Positions 40,695 through 48,725 of a stretch of DNA of 64,000 bases are shown one piece after another. The notes under the pieces are model-generated. The model worked only from the letters and a program-made list of their open reading frames with translations. It did not search any database and was not told where the DNA came from. The position numbers and the translations under genes were made by a program. Source of the stretch: an uncultured delta proteobacterium (lineage in GTDB: Bacteria > Desulfobacterota > Binatia > UBA9968). How positions within the stretch are numbered: the first letter of the stretch is position 1; every line of letters begins with the position of its first letter. Location of the stretch: the NCBI GenBank assembly GCA_963737905.1, contig CAVTUQ010000032.1, positions 1 to 64,000 on the forward strand, written 5' to 3'.

Positions 40695-43460
40695 TTAGTC
40701 ATGCAGTTCGACCTTTGACCGCAAGGGACGGCGGATGCCGAGTTTTAGCATGCGTGAGCGCAACGTGCTCGGATTCAGGCCAAGAATTTTCGCCGCTCCT
40801 TTTGGCCCCTCAACCCGCCACCTAGTTTGCTCCAGAATACGCAGGATATAACCTTTCCCAACTTCGTCCAGTGAGATCTCTTCCAACGGGCGATGATTAT
40901 TTTGAAGCTGCACTTCCTTCGCTGGTGGAGCCGGCAACGTATTCGAGGCCTTCCCACCCGCGGCCCACTCCTCCGGAAGTTGGAGCCGGCGCCCGATCGA
41001 AATCACGGCTGCTCTCTCAATCACGTTCTGCAGCTCCCGGATGTTGCCCGGCCACTCATAGCGCTTGAGCGCCTCCAATACCTCCTCCGAAATCGGATCA
41101 AATAATCGTCCCAACCGCCGGCTCGCTTCCCGCAAAAATATTTCCGCCAACAATCCTACGTCTTCCCAACGCTCCCTTAACGGCGGTAACCCGATCGGAT
41201 AAACGTTTAGTCGATAATAAAGATCAGGACGAAACCTCCCTCTTTGCATTCCCTCCACCAAATTACGGTTGGTCGCCGCGATCACCCGCACGTCGACTTT
41301 GACCGTCTTACCGCTCCCCAACCGCTCAAACTCCCCCTCCTGCAAGACCCGCAGCAGCTTGGCCTGCAGCTTCAACGGCAAATCCCCCACCTCATCCAAA
41401 AAGATGGTCCCCCCATCCGCTAACTCAAACCGCCCCACTTGCTTACCCGTGGCCCCTGTAAACGCTCCCTTCTCGTGCCCAAACAACTCACTTTCGATCA
41501 GCTCTCCAGGTAGCGCCGAACAGTTCACCTTCACCAGTGGCTTGTCTCTTCTCGTGCTCTTCTCATGGATCGCCCGCGCTACCAATTCCTTTCCTGTTCC
41601 CGTCTCTCCCAGGACGATGACAGTCATGTCCGTTCCCGCTACCTGATTCATTTGATGAAGCACTTTGCGGATTCCCTCACTCTGGCCGATGATTTCGCGA
41701 TAGGCGTGCGCCTCAGAGACTTCTCTACGCAGATACACGTTCTCCGCTTCCAGGCGCTCCTTGAGTCGCTCCACTTCCGTCAACGCCCGCTTCAACTCCT
41801 CTTCCGCGCGCTTGCGCTCTATCTCAGCACCCGCCCGCGCTGCAAAGATTTCCAGTATGGATCTGGCACGCTGTTCGTTACCGAGAGGTTTATTGTCAAT
41901 GATGCAGAGATTCCCTATGAGCTGCCGGGCTGAATTGAACAGTGGAGCTCCCATGTAACTAACGGCATTGAGAGCTGCGAGCGATCTGCATTGAGGAAAC
42001 ATCTCTTGAACTCGCTCCCGGCAATAGAAGAGCTTTTCTTCGCGCACGACCTGCCCGCAAGGGGCATCGGCGACGTCATATTCATAATTTTCTGCCCAAC
42101 TTTTGCCCACCCACACCGCAACGGTTCTCAATCTTGGGTTCTCTTCATTCGTTAACTCTGCTACGGCAGCATAGTGGACCTCGAGCACGGCCGCGACATG
42201 ACCCACATAGGCTGGAAAAAATTCCTCTCCCGTCACCGCGGTTCCGGCCACGAGATCTTGTAGCGCCTGTTCGGTTCGCTTGCGCTCGGTGATGTCTCGC
42301 ACGACACTCAAGATCTTGTCTCCATTGTGCCGTACCATCCGCGCTTCATAGTCGCGTGTTGCCCCCTCGATACATAGCGAATATTCCTGAACGACGGTTT
42401 CCCTCGTGTCCATCAGAGACTCGAAACAACGCGCAAACGTTTGGGCCAATTCCGGCGGCAGCACCTCCCTCATATTTTTCCCTAGAAATTTTTCAGGTGC
42501 CACGAGCAAAGCCTTCGGGTCCTTCGCGTGATAGTCCAGATATACGCCGTCTTGGCTCTGGACGAACATCAGATCCGGCAAAGCCTGGAGGATAGCGCGA
42601 TTTGTCTCTTCGCTCTCGCGCAGCTTTTCCTCGGTTTTCTTGCGCTCGGTGAGGTCGATGGCAAACACGACGCCGCGGTTAGGCATACCGGGAAGCATCC
42701 CGCCGCCGATAAGCACAGGGACCCGGCGGCCGTCCCGCCGCATGTAGTGCTTCTCATAGGGAGTACAAACACCCCTGGTCATCGCCTCTTGGATCGCCTG
42801 CTTGTCCAGTTGAAGCTGATCCGATGGGGTGAGTACTCCGCAACACAACTTGCCCTCGTCGAGCTCGGCACGGCTAAAGCCGGTCAAACCCAGGTAGGCG
42901 TCATTGGCATTTGTGATGCGTCCATCGAGATCCCAAAAGGCAACCGGGACCATGTTGCTCTCATATATTCCCCGAAACTTTGCGTCCCGGTCCGCCAACG
43001 CGCTTTCCATCTGCTTGCGTTCAGTGATGTCGATATGGGTGATCACCACGCCACCCGGATTCGGCGGCAGTGGATCGACATTCATCAGAAACCACCGGTG
43101 CCGCCCTCTGGGCTCGTGACAAGGATACTCCAATGAGATCCTGGCGAGCCGTCCGGCCAACACCGCTTCAATTCCCTCCAATGCTTGCTGGGCGAGCGGG
43201 TCGCCTTGTCGTGAGGCGGCCCTGCAGACCGCCAGGTAGTCTGCGCCAAGCCCGATCCCGACCCAATCTGCGCCGTTTTCGAGCGCAAAGTTGAGCCAGG
43301 AACGACTCGCGTAATTTACCCGACCCTGGCGATCCAGAGTGACAACATAAGCCGATAAGGAATCCAAGATCGCCGCCAGCGCCGCATTGCTGCCCCAGCT
43401 CGGCTCTTCTACTTCGGCTGCACCGCGTTCCCAGTGCATTTCTTTCATTTCATTCTCCAC
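40695..43460 (-). CDS. Sigma54-dependent enhancer-binding protein (PAS x3, GAF, AAA+, Fis HTH)
   Basis: [56 protein letters not shown]. Confidence 0.95.
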   Translation of the reverse strand: MENEMKEMHWERGAAEVEEPSWGSNAALAAILDSLSAYVVTLDRQGRVNYASRSWLNFALENGADWVGIGLGADYLAVCRAASRQGDPLAQQALEGIEAVLAGRLARISLEYPCHEPRGRHRWFLMNVDPLPPNPGGVVITHIDITERKQMESALADRDAKFRGIYESNMVPVAFWDLDGRITNANDAYLGLTGFSRAELDEGKLCCGVLTPSDQLQLDKQAIQEAMTRGVCTPYEKHYMRRDGRRVPVLIGGGMLPGMPNRGVVFAIDLTERKKTEEKLRESEETNRAILQALPDLMFVQSQDGVYLDYHAKDPKALLVAPEKFLGKNMREVLPPELAQTFARCFESLMDTRETVVQEYSLCIEGATRDYEARMVRHNGDKILSVVRDITERKRTEQALQDLVAGTAVTGEEFFPAYVGHVAAVLEVHYAAVAELTNEENPRLRTVAVWVGKSWAENYEYDVADAPCGQVVREEKLFYCRERVQEMFPQCRSLAALNAVSYMGAPLFNSARQLIGNLCIIDNKPLGNEQRARSILEIFAARAGAEIERKRAEEELKRALTEVERLKERLEAENVYLRREVSEAHAYREIIGQSEGIRKVLHQMNQVAGTDMTVIVLGETGTGKELVARAIHEKSTRRDKPLVKVNCSALPGELIESELFGHEKGAFTGATGKQVGRFELADGGTIFLDEVGDLPLKLQAKLLRVLQEGEFERLGSGKTVKVDVRVIAATNRNLVEGMQRGRFRPDLYYRLNVYPIGLPPLRERWEDVGLLAEIFLREASRRLGRLFDPISEEVLEALKRYEWPGNIRELQNVIERAAVISIGRRLQLPEEWAAGGKASNTLPAPPAKEVQLQNNHRPLEEISLDEVGKGYILRILEQTRWRVEGPKGAAKILGLNPSTLRSRMLKLGIRRPLRSKVELHD

Positions 43461-43587
43461 AGTGACTTGCCTTTACTCGACCCCGGCAAGCGCCTCTAAA
43501 AAATGGCGCCAGGCCGCTGACACGGTTCTGTGTTCGGTTGGGTCGAGATCCGCGCCGCCTGCGCTCGCGTTATCCACGAATTACCTA

Positions 43588-43633
43588 ATTTACCGAAGAA
43601 AAGGAATTCCTGCAATTAGACTTTGGTCCAATA
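43588..43633 (-). promoter_or_regulatory. Motif B copy upstream of the sigma54 activator
   Basis: ATTTACCGAAGA-N14-AATTAGACTTTGGTCCAATA. Confidence 0.6.
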
Positions 43634-43740
43634 CAGGATCACTCTGGGAATGTAGATCGTGCTTTACCGGATCCACATGGAATCCGTTTGTGGGAGCCTA
43701 TCTTAGAAAAAAGGTTATTCCGGGTTTCTGGAAGAAGTAT

Positions 43741-43868
43741 TCACCACAGAGGCGCCGAGTTCCCAGAGATCGGAGAATTTTTGAATCTAGAACTCTTTAC
43801 TCCGCGTCCTCCGCGCCTTCGCAGTTCGGCAGGCTCACTGCGTCCTGAGCCCGCCGAAGGACGCGGTG
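43741..43868. repeat. ~90-bp hairpin MITE-like element, copy 2 (inverted), with a nested palindrome
   Basis: Reverse-complement homolog of 6547-6635, interrupted by TTCGGCAGGCTCACTGCGTCCTGAGCCCGCCGAA. Confidence 0.75.
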
Positions 43869-43909
43869 CAATCTCCGAGTTCTTCTTCACAGGAATGCCT
43901 GAAGTCCCA

Positions 43910-43965
43910 GAAAAAAAAGAGCGCCAGCGGCATTCCCTCGCGGGATTGCTCAGCCCTGGCGCTCC
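43910..43965 (-). terminator. Probable intrinsic terminator after OmpA 1
   Basis: GAGCGCCAG...CTGGCGCTC stem next to an A8 tract on the plus strand (U-tract on the minus strand). Confidence 0.7.
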
Positions 43966-43988
43966 GAGCCGGAGTTTATCCGAAAATC

Positions 43989-44700
43989 CTAGTTGACTTT
44001 AATCTCGACTCTGCGGTTTTTGGCTCGACCTTCCGCGGTCTTGTTATCAGCGATCGGTTTGGATTCTCCGAATCCCTGACCCGAGACCCGGCCGCCGTCC
44101 ACGCCATGTTTCACCACATAATCCCTAACCGACATCCAGCGTCGATCGGATAGCTTCAAATTGTAGGCCTCCGTCCCGATGCTGTCCGTGAAACCCGATA
44201 AAGCGACTTTCTTATCTTTGTTCTCGTTCATGAACGCTACCAGCCGATCGAGAATCTTCGCCGCTTCAGGCTTGATCGTGCTCTTGTCAAAATCGAACAA
44301 CACGTCATCCAATATGATCGTCCGCTCGACCTTCGGCGCCGGTGGCGGTGGTGGCGGTGGGCGGCTTTGGTTTCGGCGGCGGTGGTGGCGGCGGTGGTGG
44401 TGGCGGCGGTGGTGGTGGCGGTGGCGGTGGTGGCTTAGGTTTGGGCTCCTGCGCTAGCAAGTACCCCAGACCGCCGCAAAGCAAAGCGCCGGTCGTCATG
44501 CCGATCGCCACCCCAGCGCCTATGTTTCTCTTATGACCTTCCACACCATTGTTTGCGGCCACTCCTCCACCCGCTGCTCCGGCCGCTCCACAGGTGATCG
44601 CACCCACGGTTGCCGCCTGCCACTTAGTCATCCCCGCACAGCCGTTTAGAACAAGACCTACGCCAACGACAACTCCCAGCCAACGTTTTTTGCCAGTCAT
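43989..44700 (-). CDS. OmpA-family lipoprotein with poly-Pro linker, frameshift near 44360
   Basis: LNGC lipobox, Gly-zipper, PPPP linker, VLFDFDKS...GFTDSIG..YNLKLSDRR...GRAKNRRVEI; 2 nt short relative to its paralog. Confidence 0.88.
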
Positions 44701-44764
44701 CGTTCCTCCCATCACATGAATACTTTCGCTCTAAGATTTATTTGCATATTTCGAAAAAAATTAA

Positions 44765-44804
44765 ATCAGGAAAAACCCTAGTTTGAGCCTCGTTTTCCCT
44801 TAGG
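44765..44804 (-). promoter_or_regulatory. Motif A site
   Basis: ATCAGGAAAAACCCTAGTTTGAGCCTCGTTTTCCCTTAGGG. Confidence 0.65.
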
Positions 44805-45165
44805 GACAATTTCCTCAAAGAAAATTTCCCATGAGCCACAATCTTACCCGGTCAGTCTTAACACTCCCCCGGCGCTGCTCCAACTATCATTGACCGAGGA
44901 TTGCGATCAGTCCTTTGAAATCGATGATACAAGCTTGTGGAGATGATCTGGGTCACCTACACGAATGTCACTTCAAATGCGGCGGGGATGAGAATATGAA
45001 GGGTCGGGCGGATTGCTCACCGAACGGTGTGTTGATAAAACCGTCAGGAGACCTGTCGATTCAAGTTAGGCTCGTTGATGCGCGAAGAGCGCCAGCAGGC
45101 CACTAAGAGATCGCTGGATCTCCGGCGTGCCTGTGGCGCTCCAACCCGCACTTTGTCTGGAAATT

Positions 45166-45894
45166 CTAATTCACTTTTATTTCGACTCTGCGGTTTTTGG
45201 CTCGACCTTCCGCAGTCTTGTTGTCAGCGATCGGTTTGGATTCGCCAAATCCCTGACCCGAGACCCGGCCACCCTCCACTCCGTGCTTCACCACGTAATC
45301 CCTGACCGACATCCAACGCCGATCGGAGAGCTTCAGATTGTAAGCCTCCGTCCCGACGTTGTCTGTGAAACCCGCTAGGGCGACCTTCGAACCTTTGTTT
45401 TCGTTCATGAAAGCAACCAGCCGATCGAGAATCTTCGCCGCCTCGGGCTTGATCGTGCTCTTGTCAAAGTCAAACAAAACGTCATCCAGTATGATCGTCC
45501 GCTCAACTTTCGGCGCCGGTGGCGGTGGTGGCGGTGGCGCCGGCTTTGGTTTCGGTGGCGGTGGCGGTGGCGGGGGAGGGGGTGGCGGAGGCGGCGGCGC
45601 TGGCTTTGGCGCAGGCGGTGGTGGTGGCTCCGGCGTCAGTAAATACGCCAGCCCGCCACAAATCAAAGCGCCGCCGAATAAGCCCGCAGCTGCTCCTGCC
45701 GGTACACGCATGTGTACATTCGCATCATTATTGTTTGCTACCAGACCTCCGGCCACTGCCGCCGGGAATCCACAGGCCGCAGCGGCGATTAATGCATTTT
45801 CAGTTCTAGTTCTGTTCGACATCCACGCGCAGCCGTTTAGAACTAGACCCGCACCAACAACCACTGCCAGCCAAGATTTTCTATCGCTCATCAT
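45166..45894 (-). CDS. OmpA-family lipoprotein with poly-Pro linker, paralog 2
   Basis: Same architecture; OmpA C-terminal domain nearly identical to the neighbouring gene. Confidence 0.93.
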   Translation of the reverse strand: MMSDRKSWLAVVVGAGLVLNGCAWMSNRTRTENALIAAAACGFPAAVAGGLVANNNDANVHMRVPAGAAAGLFGGALICGGLAYLLTPEPPPPPAPKPAPPPPPPPPPPPPPPPKPKPAPPPPPPPAPKVERTIILDDVLFDFDKSTIKPEAAKILDRLVAFMNENKGSKVALAGFTDNVGTEAYNLKLSDRRWMSVRDYVVKHGVEGGRVSGQGFGESKPIADNKTAEGRAKNRRVEIKVN

Positions 45895-45991
45895 TGCTCC
45901 CCTTCCATTTGATAGAATAAATTCAGCCGCTGTATGTCAAGTTCTTCGAAAACACTCAGCGCAACCCTAGTAGATCGCGAAAATTAATGAA

Positions 45992-46027
45992 ATCAGGAAA
46001 ACCCTGATTTTGGCTTCGCTTTTCCCG
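45992..46027 (-). promoter_or_regulatory. Motif A site
   Basis: ATCAGGAAAACCCTGATTTTGGCTTCGCTTTTCCCG. Confidence 0.7.
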
Positions 46028-46053
46028 GGGCGAGAAATCATTGCTTTTGGCAG

Positions 46054-46743
46054 CTAGAGCGTAGTCAGGCCTTCGCGAATACAATATTTCGTGAGCCCGG
46101 CGATGCTTCGTATTTCGAGCTTGTCCATGACCTGTTTGCGATGCGTCTCAACCGTCTTGACGCTGAGCTCGAGTCTTGCCGCGATATCCTTTGTCGATTT
46201 TCCTTCCGCGATCAATTGTAGCACTTGCAGTTCTCTTTTTGTTAGGTGTTCGGCTTGCCCTGCAACACCACCGGAAGGCCCGGCCTTCAGACTGGCGAGA
46301 GCCGCCGTTTTAGTAATTGCCGGACTCAGGTACATACCACCGCGGCTAATGGCAATCAGAGCTGTGGACAGTTCTTCAAAAGCAGAATCCTTCAGTAAAT
46401 AGGCGGACGCTCCGGCTTGAAGAACTTGCAGGACATAATTTCTTGTGGCGTGCATGCTTAATACGACGACCTCAACCTCAGGCAACTCGCTCTTGATCTG
46501 TCGCGTCGCCTCGATTCCATTTAAATTGGGCATCGCGATATCCATAATGACGACGTCAGGACGCATTTCTATCGCCAACTTCACGGCCTGGTAACCGTCA
46601 TCGGCCTCCGCAATACATTCGAAGTCACCACTTCTTTCCAACAACGAGCGCAGCCCCTCCCGCATGATCCTGTGGTCATCAGCGATGATAGCTCTCTTGA
46701 CCATGGGGGGAACCAGGTTGCTTTTTCTTTCAACCACTTTCAA
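46054..46743 (-). CDS. NarL/LuxR-family response regulator
   Basis: IADDH, MDIAMP, YLLKD, LTKRELQVLQLIAEGKSTKDIA...KTVETHR. Start may be at 46704. Confidence 0.95.
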   Translation of the reverse strand: MKVVERKSNLVPPMVKRAIIADDHRIMREGLRSLLERSGDFECIAEADDGYQAVKLAIEMRPDVVIMDIAMPNLNGIEATRQIKSELPEVEVVVLSMHATRNYVLQVLQAGASAYLLKDSAFEELSTALIAISRGGMYLSPAITKTAALASLKAGPSGGVAGQAEHLTKRELQVLQLIAEGKSTKDIAARLELSVKTVETHRKQVMDKLEIRSIAGLTKYCIREGLTTL

Positions 46744-46812
46744 TCACACCGTAGCGTCAAATGACTTATCGTCACGACCTTCTAGATAATATAAACTTAC
46801 AGACAAACCCCT

Positions 46813-46850
46813 ATTGGGGCTACCCTGATTTTAGCTTCGATTTTCCTTAG
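46813..46850 (-). promoter_or_regulatory. Motif A site upstream of the NarL regulator (possible autoregulation)
   Basis: ATTGGGGCTACCCTGATTTTAGCTTCGATTTTCCTTAG. Confidence 0.7.
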
Positions 46851-46864
46851 TTTTTAGGAGGCGG

Positions 46865-47512
46865 TTATAACGAGGTAACGCCTTCGCGGATAGCGTATTT
46901 GGTTAACTCAGCGATACTGTGCAGATTCAACTTGTCCATGATCTGCTTTCGGTGGGTTTCAATTGTCTTCATGCTGACATACAAAGAGGCGGCCATTTCC
47001 CTCGAAGTTCTGCCTTCGGCGAGTAGCTGGAGAATTTCTCTCTCTCGTCCCGAAATCCCTCGACGCATGGGTCGAGGGATTGCCGACCAGTGCTCGACTG
47101 AATTCCGGATCACCACGTGCGCTATAGCAGGACTGAGATACGTCTTTCCCTGCAAAACCACCTTGAGGGCAACCGCCACCTCCTCAAAAGCAGCTTCTTT
47201 TAAAAGGTATGCAGAAGCGCCGGCGGCAAAAGACTCCAAGACAGCCCGGCTGTCAGAACGCATCGAAAGGACCATGACTTTGACCTCGGGGCAGGCTTGA
47301 CGAATTTGTTTTGTCGCGTCAATGCCGTTAAGACCCGGCATGCTGATATCTATAATAGCGACATCGGGCTGCAGTTTCTTGGCGAGTTTCACGGCGGTTC
47401 GACCATCTTCAGCCTCGCCCGTCACCTCGAAACCCTGACTTTCCAGCAAAGAGCTGAGCCCCTGTCTGAGCAGCCTGTGATCGTCCGTGAGAAGGATCCG
47501 CAACGCCATCAC
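46865..47512 (-). CDS. NarL/LuxR-family response regulator
   Basis: LTDDH, IDISMP, YLLKE, REREILQLLAEG...KTIETHR. Confidence 0.95.
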   Translation of the reverse strand: MMALRILLTDDHRLLRQGLSSLLESQGFEVTGEAEDGRTAVKLAKKLQPDVAIIDISMPGLNGIDATKQIRQACPEVKVMVLSMRSDSRAVLESFAAGASAYLLKEAAFEEVAVALKVVLQGKTYLSPAIAHVVIRNSVEHWSAIPRPMRRGISGREREILQLLAEGRTSREMAASLYVSMKTIETHRKQIMDKLNLHSIAELTKYAIREGVTSL

Positions 47513-48345
47513 TATTCAAAACTGTTAATTTCGCTCTGGGGTAAAGCGATCATCGCGCTCGTTCCGGCTCCGGCACGGGAGTGAATAGATAGATGGCCGC
47601 CTAAAAAGCCGAGACGGGCCCGGATAATCATCAGACCGAAACTTCCGACCTTCGGTCTTGAGGAGAAGATTTTCGCGGGGTCAAAACCTCGACCGTCGTC
47701 AACGACAGCAATTTGAATCCAACCCTTTTCAGACCCACAAATGATTTTCGCCCTGGTTGCCCGCGCATGCTTGGCCGTATTCACGAGAAGTTCGCGAACT
47801 GCTTGCAAGAGGACTCCTTGAACTTCTTCTTTGATTGCTTTCGGTACCCCCGCGAACTCGATGTCGCAGGGAAGGCCATATCTTGCCTGGGTCTGCGCCG
47901 CAACCCAATCTATAGCTTCCTTTAGACTTGCCTTAGAGACCCATTCCGGATGGAGTTCATGAATCAAAGATCGCGTGTCTTGGATCGTATCACTGATGAG
48001 GTCAGAAATCCCGGCAATGAGTGCCGCGTGCTTGTTGCCCACAGAGCTATTAAGCACGCCCAACTTGATTTTGGCTAGCGCGAGGTTTTGCCCGATATGA
48101 TCGTGGAGATCCTCGGCGATTTTTTGTCTTTCCTTCTCTCTCACGCGGCCAAGTTCTACAGCGAGAGATTTGGATAGCGGGTCAAGCCTTGGAAGGCCGT
48201 CCGCCTGGGAAGCGGAATCGCGCATTTTCCGATGCTGCCGCGGCAATTTTTTTTCAAGGCTCTTCGTTCTCAGAACGCTGGGCCGGTGGAAACCAGGGAC
48301 TATAGACGCCGTAACACTTGGCACTAGGCTGTTCCCCTTTATCAA
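47512..48345 (-). CDS. HisKA_3 (NarX/UhpB-type) histidine kinase with no sensor or TM domain
   Basis: ERQKIAEDLHDHIGQ H-box, ELLVNTAKHA, DDGRGFD, FGLMII; start uncertain. Confidence 0.88.
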   Translation of the reverse strand: MIKGNSLVPSVTASIVPGFHRPSVLRTKSLEKKLPRQHRKMRDSASQADGLPRLDPLSKSLAVELGRVREKERQKIAEDLHDHIGQNLALAKIKLGVLNSSVGNKHAALIAGISDLISDTIQDTRSLIHELHPEWVSKASLKEAIDWVAAQTQARYGLPCDIEFAGVPKAIKEEVQGVLLQAVRELLVNTAKHARATRAKIICGSEKGWIQIAVVDDGRGFDPAKIFSSRPKVGSFGLMIIRARLGFLGGHLSIHSRAGAGTSAMIALPQSEINSFE

Positions 48346-48387
48346 TTATAGTGAGTGAAACACTAAGCTACGAAGTAAATTTCTAAC

Positions 48388-48402
48388 GCAATTCAAATGC
48401 CA
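48388..48402 (-). promoter_or_regulatory. Sigma54 (-24/-12) promoter
   Basis: Minus strand TGGCATTTGAATTGC (GG-N10-GC) about 45 bp upstream of the kinase ORF, in an AT-rich spacer. Confidence 0.75.
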
Positions 48403-48725
48403 CGGGAACACGATTATCAAACCGTTCATACTCCTGCAAACAAGAATTAACTTTCACAAACATCGATTGGTTGTTTAATGAGAATTCTCACCGCGCGCCA
48501 CGGCCAAGAACGATAGCCTGTAAGTCATTATTTTAGCGGAAAAATTTAGATCTTTAGATCTCCACTCTACGCCCATTTGAAACCGCCTGAGCAGAAAACC
48601 GGGTGAAAATGAGAATATAAACTTAATAGGGTTTATAAGAAGGTTTGTATTAGGACTTTTAGGTATCGGAGGTAATCAAAAACCCTTTGGTAATGATATT
48701 TCGTGGAAATTATGCGCCATATCCA

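Noticed and set aside
44340-45630. GGTGGCGGC tracts as a non-coding repeat or contingency locus
   Set aside because: They encode the poly-Pro linkers of the OmpA proteins, and triplet slippage would keep the frame.
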